A stretch of 64,000 bases of DNA from positions 704,001-768,000 of the forward strand of contig CAWELD010000010.1 of NCBI GenBank assembly GCA_963809895.1, read 5' to 3'. The notes under the pieces were generated by a model. That model was given only the letters and a program-made list of their open reading frames with translations, was not told the DNA's origin and ran no database searches. The DNA comes from an uncultured Gemmatimonadales bacterium (lineage in GTDB: Bacteria > Gemmatimonadota > Gemmatimonadetes > Longimicrobiales > Gaopeijiaceae). The stretch's first letter is position 1, and the number at the start of each line of letters is the position of its first letter. This document shows positions 9,752 through 19,897 of the stretch, piece by piece. A program made the position numbers and the translations under genes.

Positions 9752-10285
9752 CTATCGTGCCGGCGTCATCGTGACGGGTTGCACGAGATGGACGGGAGCC
9801 GGGAAACGTTCGTCCGGCAGCCAATGGTACCGGAGGTCACGCGCGAGGCCTGTCATGACATCGTCGACACACGGCACTCCCGTGCGTTCGGTGATCTTCA
9901 CCACGTTGGAATCCCCCGTTCCATCGACCGACAACTCGACCCGCCCTTCAAGAGCAACCGGCGAGTTTGTGCCGAAGGCCGTACACCCGGACGGGAGCTT
10001 CACCGCGAGGGCCTTCTCCAGTCTGCGGGCCTCGACGTGCGTGGTCCCGTCGGGACCGGTAATCGTGGGCGGGCCGAAGAGCACGTCCAGAAAGGTGGGG
10101 ACGGCGTCGGAGGGGCGCACAACGTCGGGCGTTCGACCAGAGCCGTCCATCGGTTCGGCTTCGAAGGTGGGTGAGAGAGCGAACACCGCGGCGTGCACGC
10201 CGATGGCGATCCCGAGGGACCACATCAGGATCTTGCGGTGACGTCGGCGAAGCTCCGTTGCCCGTGTCTTCATGGCTCGAGCCAT
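9752..10285 (-). CDS. TonB-like protein (N-terminal anchor plus TonB C-terminal-like domain)
   Basis: TM segment SLGIAIGVHAAVF (SxxxxxxxH anchor pattern). VELSVDGTGD...ITERTGVPCVD...PVHLVQPVTM. Confidence 0.55.
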   Translation of the reverse strand: MARAMKTRATELRRRHRKILMWSLGIAIGVHAAVFALSPTFEAEPMDGSGRTPDVVRPSDAVPTFLDVLFGPPTITGPDGTTHVEARRLEKALAVKLPSGCTAFGTNSPVALEGRVELSVDGTGDSNVVKITERTGVPCVDDVMTGLARDLRYHWLPDERFPAPVHLVQPVTMTPAR

Positions 10286-10495
10286 GGGCGTTCCGGAAGT
10301 GGGAGGCTTGCTGACTCCGAGCGGGTCGAGCATCAGTGTGCGATACGCTGGACCCACCCATGGGGTGACAGGAGTGGTCGCAGACGATGGTGGCGGCTCC
10401 GCCGGTGAGATCGCATCTTGCAAGCGGGCCCGGCTCCGGAGCCTCGGGACCCGGGTAGTCGGCTATCGGCGTGGAGAATCGTGCGGAGGTGGATC

Positions 10496-10956
10496 GTGAG
10501 ACGCTTTGCAGCAATCGGTGCGGTGGCGGCCCTGGTGGCGTGCAGCACGGGTACCGAACCCGACGACGCCAATCGCTCTCCGGCCATCATCCAGGCCGGG
10601 GAGCTCGAGCTCCTGGTCACGGTGCCGGTGTCGGTGGCGGCAGGGGAGAGGAGTTCACGGTCGTCGTCCGCAGCTACGGGCTCGATTCGTGCTGGGCTCA
10701 GGGCACCACCGACGTGTTCCTCGATGCCGACGGCGCCGTCCTGAAGCCCTATGACCGACCGCCCGACCCCTCGGCGCCCACGGGCTGTCGGCCCGCGGTC
10801 CAGGACTTCGACCACACGGTCTCCCTGAGCTTCGCCTCGCCCGGCGTGAAGACCATCGAGGTCTGGGGATACGACCTCGCGGCTCGCGAGACCGTGCGCC
10901 CTCGTTTCGAGGTGATGGTGGTCGGAGCTACTCCACCACGATCGGCCGGCTCGTGA
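10496..10956 (+). pseudogene. Lipoprotein, frameshifted at about 10648
   Basis: MRRFAAIGAVAALVAC...VSVAAGE continues as EFTVVVRSYGLDSC... in another frame across GCAGGGGAGAGGAG. Confidence 0.6.
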
Positions 10957-12742
10957 ACACGGGCTCGCGCCCGGGTAGCTCCAGCTTGAGGTGCAGCGTG
11001 TAGAGACCGGGCTCCAGCGCGGGCAGTTCGAGGCCCACCGACCGGAACACCGATTGGATCTGGTCGGGGCCGGTGTCCTGGAAGGTGACCGACACGGAAC
11101 GGTCGAGGTCGAGAGTCCCCTGGAACTCGCCCACTGGCGCCAGGAAATCCGGGTGCCCGCGGGTGAATCCCAGCGTCACCTGAACGGGCTCCCGCACCTG
11201 GAGACCGTAGACCTCCCACACCACGTTGAAGTGCTCGCCCTGTCGAATGCGCACCCCGGGACGGATCAGGGGGATCGCCTGGTCCATGGTCTCGGGCAGC
11301 GGCGCGTCCGGCTTCAGGATCATCAGGTCCGACACCGCGATCAGCCCCGGCGTGAGCGGGGTCTGGCGCACCCCCTGGCGAGCGCGCCAGGCTCGGCCCT
11401 CCGGTGCATCCAGGACTTCGAGGCTGCTCACGTAATCACCGGGAGTCGTGGTGAGCGTGAACACGCCCTCGGGCACCGTATCTCGCACTTCCTGGATCTG
11501 TCCGTCGTCGACGGAGACCAGGAAGAGGCCCGCCTGCACCGGCGTCTCGATGGGCTGCGCGAGGGCGTCCCGCTCCGTCTCGCCGAAGGTGCTGTCGTTG
11601 GGCGCGGGCGGGGGTGCCGGCTTGTACGCGCCCACCACCAGCATGTCGTCGCCGCGGCGGAAGCGACCCACCTGGGTCTCGAGCCCCGAGAAGAACGGTG
11701 CGTACGGCGGGGCGTACCAGGTGCGGGCGATGCGCGGTGGTGTGATCCAGCTTTCGGGCGGAATCCGCGACGGCGCCTGGAGGAACTTCTCCGGGAAGAG
11801 GTAGCCGCGGCTCTGGGGGTGGTGGTGGCCGACGATCCGGCGCGTGTCCTGGGTCGCGGGATTCACCCCCTGAAGGATGGACTGGGGCGAATACTCCCGG
11901 CTGTACCCCCGAATCCTGCCGTAACGGATCAGGCTCTCGTCGAGGTCCGCCTCCCAGACCCACAGTCGGGGGTTGGCGGCGTCGCGCTCGTTCACGGCCT
12001 GGACCCATCGTGCGAAATGGTCCGTGAGCCGGTCGTTGCCGTCGACGAGGTAGAGCGGGTCCGATAGCTCCCAGAAGAGCGCCCGCTCCTTGGCGCGCGC
12101 CTCGGGAGCCATCCCGTCCAGCGTCTTCTCGGCGCCACCCGACACGATGTATCGGAAGCTCTGCCACTGCTGGCGCTCCTCGGCGGGCATGCCGTCGAGA
12201 GCCTTCTGGAATTCGGTGTCCGCCTCGATCCACCGGTTCTGCAGATGCAGCACGTACCCGACCAGGGCCGAGCACCACCAGGCTTCCGACGGCGCCAGCC
12301 CACAGTCTCGGGCCGTCTGCTCCGCCCGGGGCATGCTCCCGTTCTCGACCAGGTAGCGCACCAACTCGCCGGTGATCCACGGGTCGTGGATCTCGCGAGC
12401 GGCTTCGGAGAGCATGGAGAGAAGCTTGTGACGGGCCAGTTGGACCTCGGGCCGCTCTTCGGGGAAGATGGCCTCGGCTTCGCCTCCGTACCACACGCAG
12501 ATCCGTCCGATCTGCTGGTCGCACCGGCGCTCGTCGGGCTCGGCCTGCACGGGAATCCTGCTCTCGCGGAAGGCCTCGAATCCGCGCTGGGCCTCTTGCA
12601 GGTCTGCTACGATCTGTGCGGAATCCTCGGCCGAGACGCGGGTCTGCTGCGCCAGGGTCGGTCGAGGCGTCACCACCAGCAGCCCGACCACGAGGGCCGC
12701 GTACGGCTGGAGACGGGTCGGTGGCGCGGTCACGAATCCCAT
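10928..12742 (-). CDS. Exported protein with GWxTD-like domain
   Basis: Signal peptide. FWELSDPLYLVDGNDRLTDHFARW...LIRYG resembles the GWxTD core. Beta-rich C-terminus. Confidence 0.6.
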   Translation of the reverse strand: MGFVTAPPTRLQPYAALVVGLLVVTPRPTLAQQTRVSAEDSAQIVADLQEAQRGFEAFRESRIPVQAEPDERRCDQQIGRICVWYGGEAEAIFPEERPEVQLARHKLLSMLSEAAREIHDPWITGELVRYLVENGSMPRAEQTARDCGLAPSEAWWCSALVGYVLHLQNRWIEADTEFQKALDGMPAEERQQWQSFRYIVSGGAEKTLDGMAPEARAKERALFWELSDPLYLVDGNDRLTDHFARWVQAVNERDAANPRLWVWEADLDESLIRYGRIRGYSREYSPQSILQGVNPATQDTRRIVGHHHPQSRGYLFPEKFLQAPSRIPPESWITPPRIARTWYAPPYAPFFSGLETQVGRFRRGDDMLVVGAYKPAPPPAPNDSTFGETERDALAQPIETPVQAGLFLVSVDDGQIQEVRDTVPEGVFTLTTTPGDYVSSLEVLDAPEGRAWRARQGVRQTPLTPGLIAVSDLMILKPDAPLPETMDQAIPLIRPGVRIRQGEHFNVVWEVYGLQVREPVQVTLGFTRGHPDFLAPVGEFQGTLDLDRSVSVTFQDTGPDQIQSVFRSVGLELPALEPGLYTLHLKLELPGREPVFTSRPIVVE

Positions 12743-12880
12743 GGAGTCCCTCTGCGGCGATCTCGAAAGGGTGCGCGGGGCTGGCGAGCCGTATGGCCCG
12801 GTGGCGACGGCGCGAAACGAACGAACTCGACGTGGATACACCGTCCGAGCCTGCGGCGGTCCTGTCGCGATCCCCTGACG

Positions 12881-12921
12881 AACGAAAGGGCCGCCCCGCA
12901 AGCGCGGGACGGCCCCTCGTT
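12881..12921 (-). terminator. Intrinsic terminator of the csp gene
   Basis: Minus strand GGCCGTCCCGC-GCTT-GCGGGGCGGCC followed by CTTTCGTT. Confidence 0.7.
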
Positions 12922-12941
12922 GTGTGCCGTATGGCGGCGGA

Positions 12942-13148
12942 TCAGACCGTCGTCACATTCTCGGCAGCCGGGCCCTTGGGGCCGTCGACGACATCGAACT
13001 CCACGCTCGCGCCCTCGGCGAGGCTCTTGAAGCCCTCGGCCTGGATGGCGCTGTGGTGGACGAAGCAATCCTTGCTTCCATCCTCAGGCGTGATGAATCC
13101 GAAGCCCTTCTGATCGTTGAACCACTTCACGGTTCCCTTGGTACGCAT
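12942..13148 (-). CDS. csp: Cold-shock protein (CspA family)
   Basis: [15 protein letters not shown] (RNP1), CFVHHSAI (RNP2), [10 protein letters not shown]. Confidence 0.97.
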   Translation of the reverse strand: MRTKGTVKWFNDQKGFGFITPEDGSKDCFVHHSAIQAEGFKSLAEGASVEFDVVDGPKGPAAENVTTV

Positions 13149-13336
13149 CATTGCGCTCCTCGGTTGTGCGAGTCGGAGCCACGTTGACGCGTACTTACCG
13201 ACTGCTGTGTGTGCGCGGTACCGCCGCGCGGCGTGCGGCCACTCTGGCCACACAACTGAAAAGGCGCCGATCTCCAGCCAGGAGACCGCCGCCTCGAGAA
13301 TGGTTGGGGCGCACCATCTTCGCGCCCGACACACGA

Positions 13337-13365
13337 AGGGTCGCGGATTCGGGGGGCGACGTCAA
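13337..13365 (-). promoter_or_regulatory. Candidate sigma70 promoter of csp
   Basis: TTGACG-17 nt-GACCCT. The -10 element is weak, but the second csp has the same arrangement. Confidence 0.35.
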
Positions 13366-13465
13366 TGGATGCCCGTGCGATCTTGCGACGCACCCGAACC
13401 GGGACCGACCCCGGGAGCCGGCGCGCCGCCGTCATTTCCGACGCCCGCAACAAGGAGAGAAGGCC

Positions 13466-14230
13466 ATGCCCGACCCAGCCCCCAGGATCGCCCTCGTCAC
13501 CGGCACCACGTCGGGCATCGGTGAGGCCACGGCGCGGGAGCTCCTCGCCCGGGGATGGCGCGTCGTCGGCATGGCTCGACGGGACGGGGTGATCGAGGAC
13601 GGGAGCTATCGCCACGTCTCCGTCGACCTGGCGGCGGTGGCCTCGTTCGAGTCCACGCTGGGCACCGTGTTGGAGGAGTTGGCCACGGGTGGTCCGTGGG
13701 CACGCGTCGGCCTCGTCAACTGCGCGGCCGACCCCGGACTGATCGGCACCATGGACGCCCTCGATCCCGGCGAGATGCTCCGGGTTCAGGCGGTGAACGC
13801 CGTGGCGCCCGCATGGCTCATGGGTCGCATCGGCCGCGTCGCCGGTTCGGACACCCCGGTCCGGGTGGTGAACGTGTCGTCCGGCGCCGCGAGGGACCCG
13901 TATCCCGGCATGGTCGCGTACTGCACGTCGAAAGCCGCCCTCCGGATGGGGGGACGCGTGCTTGCGAAAGAGGTCCAGGCCCCGGGCCGTACGGATGAGG
14001 GTCCCACGGATGTCACGGTGCTCTCCTACGAACCGAGCGTCGTCGATACGCCGATGCAGAAGGCCGCCCGCACGACCCCGAGAGAGAAGCTCCCCATCGT
14101 GGACTTCTTCAAGGGACTGGTCCGTGACGATCGCCTGGTGGAGCCTTCGGCGCCCGCGCGCGAGATCGCCGATTACCTGGAGACGGACGGACACGAGCCG
14201 TTCGATGAGCGGCGCTTCGGCGTGGAATAG
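13466..14230 (+). CDS. Short-chain dehydrogenase/reductase
   Basis: TGTTSGIG, NVSSG, YCTSK. Confidence 0.9.
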   Translation: MPDPAPRIALVTGTTSGIGEATARELLARGWRVVGMARRDGVIEDGSYRHVSVDLAAVASFESTLGTVLEELATGGPWARVGLVNCAADPGLIGTMDALDPGEMLRVQAVNAVAPAWLMGRIGRVAGSDTPVRVVNVSSGAARDPYPGMVAYCTSKAALRMGGRVLAKEVQAPGRTDEGPTDVTVLSYEPSVVDTPMQKAARTTPREKLPIVDFFKGLVRDDRLVEPSAPAREIADYLETDGHEPFDERRFGVE

Positions 14231-14288
14231 CGTAGTTTCGCCGGCAGTGCTCGACGAGAAACACGGCGAGGTGAGGAGGAGTGAGGCC

Positions 14289-15026
14289 ATGCGCGTGGCT
14301 GCGCTGTACGACATCCATGGGAACCTTCCCGCCCTCGAGGCGGTGCTCGCGGAGGTCGCGGAGGAGGGCGTGGACGAGGTGGTGATTGGCGGAGACGTCA
14401 TACCTGGTCCGATGCCTGGCGAGTGTCTCGACGCCCTGCTGGCCCTGGACGTGCCGGTGCGAGCCATCTTCGGCAACGGTGAGCGCGACACCCTCGTCCT
14501 GCATGCCGGCGAGGAGCTCACGCGGGTCCCGAAGCAGTTCCACGAAGTCATGCGTTGGGTCGAGGGTCGCCTCACGCCCGAACACCTCGCCGAGCTCAAG
14601 TCGTGGCCGCTCCGCACGAGGCTCGAGATTCCGGGAGTCGGTGACGTGCTGTTCTGCCACGCCACCCCCCGCGACGACAACGAGATCTTCACCAGCCAGA
14701 CGCCCGAAGAGAGGCTGAGGCCGATCTTCGACCCCACACGCGCCGACGTCGTGGTCTGCGGGCACACCCACATGCAGTTCGACCGCATGATCGGTGAGGT
14801 GCGGGTGGTCAACGCGGGCAGCGTCGGCATGCCGTTCGGAGATCCGGGTGCGTTCTGGGTGATGCTGGGGCCCGATGTCGAGCTCCGCCGAACCGAGTAC
14901 GATCTGGATGCCGCCGAAGAGCGCGTCGCGGCCGCCGGATACCCGTCGGTGGCGCCGTTCGAGATCCGGAACCCGCCGCCCGCCGCGCAAATGGAGCAGG
15001 TCTTCGAAGCGGCGGCGTTACGGTAG
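14289..15026 (+). CDS. Metallophosphoesterase
   Basis: DIHGN, GGD, GNGE, CGHTH, NAGSVG motifs. Confidence 0.9.
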   Translation: MRVAALYDIHGNLPALEAVLAEVAEEGVDEVVIGGDVIPGPMPGECLDALLALDVPVRAIFGNGERDTLVLHAGEELTRVPKQFHEVMRWVEGRLTPEHLAELKSWPLRTRLEIPGVGDVLFCHATPRDDNEIFTSQTPEERLRPIFDPTRADVVVCGHTHMQFDRMIGEVRVVNAGSVGMPFGDPGAFWVMLGPDVELRRTEYDLDAAEERVAAAGYPSVAPFEIRNPPPAAQMEQVFEAAALR

Positions 15027-15039
15027 GAGGAATCGTGCG

Positions 15040-15663
15040 ATGAAATCCCGCCTTCCGCTGTACATGCTCCTGGGTCTCGTGGCGGTGGGGGCCTTGGGAT
15101 GGTTCCTGTTGCCAGCCGGATTTGCCAGGGGCGTCATCATGGGATTCGTCGCGGGTCCACTCGCGATCCTCGGGGTCCTCACCATCGTGGGGCGCCGGAT
15201 GCGAAAGGGCCTCGGCGAGCGTCTGCGGCCTCCGACGCTCCCGACCGCAGCTTCCTGGGACTACGCATGGACCGTCTCGGACCTCGAAGGTGAGTCGGTC
15301 GACCCGGAGCAATACCGTGGTCGCGTCTTGTTGCTGAACGTGTGGGCCACCTGGTGCGCGCCGTGCATCGCGGAGCTTCCCAGCCTCGAGGCGCTGGCGG
15401 ACGCCGTGACCGAGCTCGAGGTGGACTTCGCCTGCGTGACCAGCGAGCCTGCCGACACGGTGCGCACCTTTCTCGCCAAGCGGCCTGTCGGGCTGCCGGT
15501 CTACACGGCCGCCGAGCTCCCGGACATCTTCCGGAGCGGAGCGATTCCCGCCACGTACGTCATCGACCGCACAGGCACCATCGCCCTCCGCCACACCGGC
15601 GCCGCACGCTGGGACGATCCCGGTGTGGTGAGCTTCGTGCGGGGGCTGGCCGTGATGCCGTGA
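15040..15663 (+). CDS. TlpA-like membrane-anchored thiol-disulfide oxidoreductase
   Basis: LLNVWATWCAPC, IPATYVIDR. Confidence 0.9.
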   Translation: MKSRLPLYMLLGLVAVGALGWFLLPAGFARGVIMGFVAGPLAILGVLTIVGRRMRKGLGERLRPPTLPTAASWDYAWTVSDLEGESVDPEQYRGRVLLLNVWATWCAPCIAELPSLEALADAVTELEVDFACVTSEPADTVRTFLAKRPVGLPVYTAAELPDIFRSGAIPATYVIDRTGTIALRHTGAARWDDPGVVSFVRGLAVMP

Positions 15664-15769
15664 GTCGTCGCGGGACTTGCCGTGGGCGCCATCTTCCGTG
15701 ACTCTGGCATCCGTGGTCTGACCGTGATCCTCAGACTGTTCTGACGCGCCCGAGTCCCGGAGACGGCAC

Positions 15770-16294
15770 ATGATCCCCAACCTGCGAGCCATGGTATCCC
15801 TCGCGGCGGCGAGCCTCCTGATTCTCGGCGGGCTCGCGGCGTGCGCGCCGCCCGCAGAGGCGCCCCTGTCGGACGCCCGGGTCCAGGCGATCCGAGACAC
15901 GATCATGCAGCTCGGCGAGGCCGCCGACGCGAGCGTGGATCGGTTGGACTGCGGACCGGCGATCCAGAGCTTCGCCGACACGGAACCGCTCTTCGTGAGC
16001 GGTGGGCGCGTCATCCGCACCCGCGACGAGCTGGCGACCATGTGCGAGCAGCTCATCTCCAATCGCACCGGCGCCGAGTACGACGTCGAGCGGACGACGG
16101 TCCACGTCCTGTCGCCGGATGCCGCCTACATGGTGCGCGAGGGCCCCTACACGATCCACTTCGACGATGGCAGCGACGTCACGGAGTACCTGGTCATCAG
16201 CGATGTGTGGCAGCGTCTGGACGGCACGTGGAAGCGTGTCCACTTCCACGAGTCCGCGCGCGACCGAGAGACATCGCAGGAGACAGGGAGTTGA
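15770..16294 (+). CDS. NTF2/SnoaL-like lipoprotein
   Basis: LAAC lipobox, VHVLSPDAAY, DVWQRLDGTWKRVHFHES. Confidence 0.8.
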   Translation: MIPNLRAMVSLAAASLLILGGLAACAPPAEAPLSDARVQAIRDTIMQLGEAADASVDRLDCGPAIQSFADTEPLFVSGGRVIRTRDELATMCEQLISNRTGAEYDVERTTVHVLSPDAAYMVREGPYTIHFDDGSDVTEYLVISDVWQRLDGTWKRVHFHESARDRETSQETGS

Positions 16295-16836
16295 GTAACG
16301 AATCGGGGGCGTTCTCCAAGCCCGAGGCCGATCGGATCCTCCGGCGCGCCGCCGAGATCGAGGGGTCTGTCGAGTCGGGCCCGCTCTCTGCGGCCGAGCT
16401 GCGAATCATCGCGCGTGAAGCCGGGTTCGGAGCCGAGGCGGTGGATCGCGCCATCGCTGAAGTCCGCGACGCGGAGGCGGCGCAGCCCCGGTGGCCGCCC
16501 GTGCAGAAGTGGGGCGTGATCGTGACCCACCTGTCGGCCATCCGCGAAATCCCCGTGGAGATCAGCTCGGACGCGCTCATGAGGGCCGTCCGCCTGGCTC
16601 AACCCTACCGCGACGGCCCTCCTCAGGTCGGTCTCGACGAGCGCGAGGTGACGTGGCGCGACCGCAAGGGTCTCAAGTTCGGGATTCGCTCCGGTGGAGG
16701 CGTCACCGCCATTCGCGTGACGGTGTCCAAGCTGCTCGTCCGTCGGGGCCGTTGGATGGGGTGGGTTCGCGCCGCCGCCGACCGGCTCGAGACGCTGGTG
16801 GCGCTGGTGGCCCTGGAAGAGGACACGAGACGCTGA
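16291..16836 (+). CDS. Hypothetical protein (paralogue of 29120-29836 and 34946-35905)
   Basis: FSKPEADRILRRAAEIE...LSAAELRIIAREAGFGAEAVDRAIAE. TTG start overlaps the upstream TGA. Confidence 0.7.
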   Translation: MSNESGAFSKPEADRILRRAAEIEGSVESGPLSAAELRIIAREAGFGAEAVDRAIAEVRDAEAAQPRWPPVQKWGVIVTHLSAIREIPVEISSDALMRAVRLAQPYRDGPPQVGLDEREVTWRDRKGLKFGIRSGGGVTAIRVTVSKLLVRRGRWMGWVRAAADRLETLVALVALEEDTRR

Positions 16837-16913
16837 GCAGGCGGCGTGAGTCGAGGTCGTGGTCGTAGCGGGCCCCGGCCGCGCCTGAGCGGCCTCGAGC
16901 CCCGGGAGAGCGC

Positions 16914-17459
16914 ATGCAGCGGGTGCTGGTGATCGGATGCGGGGGCGCCGGCAAGACCACCCTGGCCGTGTCGCTCGCTCACGCCACCGGGCTGCCGCTG
17001 ATTCACCTGGACGAGCTCTACTGGCGCCCACGGTGGGAGGCCACGCCCGCGGAGGAGTGGGAGGCCAGGGTGGACGAGCTGATTGCACGGCCCCGGTGGA
17101 TCATGGACGGGAACTACGGAGGCACCCTCGACCGCCGATTGGAAGCGGCGGACACCGTCATCTTCCTGGACATGCCTCGACTCGTCTGTATGCGACGCTT
17201 GCTCCAACGGCGCCTACGCTACCATCATCGATCGCGGCCGTCGCTACCCGCGGACTGCCCGGAGCGCCTCAGCCTGGAGTTCCTGTGGTGGGTGTGGACC
17301 TATCCCGAGCGGCGCCGGCCGGGGATCCTGGAGAAGCTGAGTGGCCTCGGGCCTGGAACGCGCGTGGAGATTCTCCGCGGCGAGCATGACGTGAAGCGGT
17401 TCCTGGGCGGCGAATGCAGACCCCGCAAGGGACGGCGAGGGGAGGCGAGCGGATCATGA
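16914..17459 (+). CDS. FlaR/topology-modulation-like P-loop kinase
   Basis: IGCGGAGKTT, IHLDELYW, WIMDGNY, ADTVIFLD. Confidence 0.85.
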   Translation: MQRVLVIGCGGAGKTTLAVSLAHATGLPLIHLDELYWRPRWEATPAEEWEARVDELIARPRWIMDGNYGGTLDRRLEAADTVIFLDMPRLVCMRRLLQRRLRYHHRSRPSLPADCPERLSLEFLWWVWTYPERRRPGILEKLSGLGPGTRVEILRGEHDVKRFLGGECRPRKGRRGEASGS

Positions 17460-18628
17460 CTGTGAAGAACTCCCGGCTCCGCGCTCTCGCACTGGGGATT
17501 TCCGCTGCCTCCGGCCTCACCCTCGCTTCCTGCGACGTGCCTTCCGGGGACGGCCCCGCCCGCTTCTCGCTCACCCCGGTTGCCCGCTTCGGAGACCTGG
17601 ACCAGGGCCTGCAGCTTCAGCGCATCCTCGACATCACGCTCAGTGAGTCCGGCGACACGGTGTTTCTGGTCCAGTGGACTCGTCCTTTCGTGCTCGCGGT
17701 GTCGGCCAGCGGCGATTCTCTCTTCACCGTGGGTCGCGGCGGGGGCGGACCCGGAGAATTCGGGTTCATGCCGGGGGCCGTCTCGGTTTCGGGGGACACC
17801 GTCTTTGCCGCCGACCAGAACTCGAGTTCGTTGATGGGCTTCGTCGGGGACCGGATGGTGGCCAGGGTCCAGCGGAAGCTGGCGCCGCTGGGCGACTTCC
17901 AGAGAGCGCCGTCCATCGTAGGTCGGACGCCGACGGGCGACCTCGCCTTCGCCGCGGGCTTCTCCCTCACGCCGGCATTGTCTGGCCAATTGGACCGGAT
18001 ACCCTGGGTCGTTGTTGGTCGGGCGGACGGCGCGGTTCGCGACACTGTGCTATGGAGTTCCCTCGCCGGCGGATTCTACCAGCTCACCTTCGACGATGGA
18101 GCCGTCATCATGGGGGCACATCCTATCGGGATGCCCGAGCGGGCAGCCGTGGACCCCAGCGGCCGAGGCCTGGTGAAGGCTCGCAGCGTGGAAGCGCCCG
18201 GCGGCGCCCCCGGGGTCGCCCTGACCTGGTACGGATGGTCGGGGGACTCGCTCGCAGCGATGGAGTTTCCGGCGGTGGCCGCATCGTCCGACGCCGCGAA
18301 AGAGCGCTTCGTGCAGGGGATGGCCGGCGACGCCCATTCCGAGGCGGCGGTGGCACGTGCCGTAGACGAGCAGATGGACTGGCCCGCCCTCCTGCCCGGC
18401 GTCCTCTCCGTCTTCATGGACCGGAATGGTCGCACCTGGGTGCAGAGTCCTGCCGCCAGCCCCGACTCTGCGCGCTGGTACCTCGTGGACCGGGACCGGA
18501 CGTTGGCCGGCTACGTCGTGCTACCCGAGCGTCTGAAGCTCATGGCCGCGCTGGACGACGACGTCTGGGGGTGGCTACCCGGAGCGTACGACGAGCCCAT
18601 CGTGATGCACTTCGTGCTGGGGCGCTGA
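17456..18628 (+). CDS. 6-bladed beta-propeller lipoprotein
   Basis: LASC lipobox, VGRGGGGPGEF, MDRNGRTWV. Confidence 0.8.
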   Translation: MTVKNSRLRALALGISAASGLTLASCDVPSGDGPARFSLTPVARFGDLDQGLQLQRILDITLSESGDTVFLVQWTRPFVLAVSASGDSLFTVGRGGGGPGEFGFMPGAVSVSGDTVFAADQNSSSLMGFVGDRMVARVQRKLAPLGDFQRAPSIVGRTPTGDLAFAAGFSLTPALSGQLDRIPWVVVGRADGAVRDTVLWSSLAGGFYQLTFDDGAVIMGAHPIGMPERAAVDPSGRGLVKARSVEAPGGAPGVALTWYGWSGDSLAAMEFPAVAASSDAAKERFVQGMAGDAHSEAAVARAVDEQMDWPALLPGVLSVFMDRNGRTWVQSPAASPDSARWYLVDRDRTLAGYVVLPERLKLMAALDDDVWGWLPGAYDEPIVMHFVLGR

Positions 18629-19105
18629 CGCGGCTGCCGACTCGCCCGCTGAGCACTGCGCTTCCACGGTGAGCACGTTGCTCTGGATGATGTTGCCGGC
18701 GTCGTCCACGTAGGTGGGCTGCTCCCACCGGATCACACAGACCGTCGAGCCCTTTCGGATGCCGTAGATGCCCGAACCTGGACCATCGGCGAGGATCCCG
18801 GCTTCGGGCCGCCAGCCGGTCAGGTACAGGGTCGTCCCTGGCTCGGCCGTGAGATTCGGGACGCTGTCGCCGGCCAGAATGCTGTCACTGGTTTCCAACC
18901 GAAGCTGGCAACCCACCTTCGTGGAGCCATCCCAGAGGGAGTCGAACCTTCCGTCGCTCCGGAGCAGCGAGCCGTGCGGGACCGGGTCGAGGACCTCGTA
19001 CAGATCGTCGCAAGGGCTCTGGGCCGCGGCAGATCGGGGCGAAGTGCCGATCAGGACCGCGCCGACAACGAGTGTGGCGAAGGCAGGTCGCGCGGCCGGT
19101 CGCAT
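18575..19105 (-). CDS. Exported hypothetical protein with 4 Cys
   Basis: Signal peptide ending AAA-Q and ordinary coding composition. The 3' end overlaps the convergent gene. Confidence 0.55.
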   Translation of the reverse strand: MRPAARPAFATLVVGAVLIGTSPRSAAAQSPCDDLYEVLDPVPHGSLLRSDGRFDSLWDGSTKVGCQLRLETSDSILAGDSVPNLTAEPGTTLYLTGWRPEAGILADGPGSGIYGIRKGSTVCVIRWEQPTYVDDAGNIIQSNVLTVEAQCSAGESAAASAPQHEVHHDGLVVRSG

Positions 19106-19116
19106 CCCTCCCCACC

Positions 19117-19752
19117 TCACCGCGCAGCCCTGAGCGCTTCCAGATCCCCCGAGCAGATCGCCTTCATGTTGCGGGTGATCTTGTCGGCATCCCAATCCCA
19201 CCAGGCGATCTCGAGCAGGGCGGCCCGTACCTGCTCGTCGAACCGGTACCGCACCACCTGAGCCGGATTTCCCGCGACGATGGTGAAGGGCTCCACGTCA
19301 CGGGTGACGACCGACCCGGTGGCGACGATGGCACCGTGTCCGATCTCGACCCCGGGCATGATGGTGGCGCCGTATCCGATCCACACGTCGTGTCCGACGA
19401 CGGTGTCCCCCTTGTAGGGCCAGGACTCGGGCGCTGCGACTTCCCATCCCTCTCCGAAGATCGGGAAGGGGAAGGTGGTGAACCAGGTGGTGGCGTGGTT
19501 GCCGCCGTTCATGATGAAGCGCGTCTCGGCGGCGATGGAGCAGAAGCGGCCGATGATCAGGCGATCCCCGATGAAGTCGAAGTGGTAGAGCACGTTCCGC
19601 TCGAACTGCTCCGGCCCCTTGGGATCGTCGTAGTAGGTGTAGTCGCCCACCTCGATGGTGGGGCGCGTGATGAAGTTCTTGAGGAAGCCGAGGCGATCCG
19701 CGCCCTCGATCGGGTGGCGCAGGGAGGGGGAAGGGCCGTGCACGAGCATCAC
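19117..19752 (-). CDS. Vat/CatB-like xenobiotic O-acetyltransferase
   Basis: VGDYTYYDD...NVLYHFDFIGDRLIIGRFCSIA...NGGNH...KGDTVVGHDVWIG...IAWWDW hexapeptide acetyltransferase. Confidence 0.92.
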   Translation of the reverse strand: MMLVHGPSPSLRHPIEGADRLGFLKNFITRPTIEVGDYTYYDDPKGPEQFERNVLYHFDFIGDRLIIGRFCSIAAETRFIMNGGNHATTWFTTFPFPIFGEGWEVAAPESWPYKGDTVVGHDVWIGYGATIMPGVEIGHGAIVATGSVVTRDVEPFTIVAGNPAQVVRYRFDEQVRAALLEIAWWDWDADKITRNMKAICSGDLEALRAAR

Positions 19753-19897
19753 CTCTGGCCGGTGTGGGGTAAGGGGTCGTCAACAGGCACACCAAAGTAA
19801 TGCCCAGGAACGGCGTCGCCCCCGTCCTTGTGCGAACAGCAGGGCGCGTGTTCGGTTTGGGGCTCGTCGCTCCCGGTCACTAGACATTCCGACAGGC

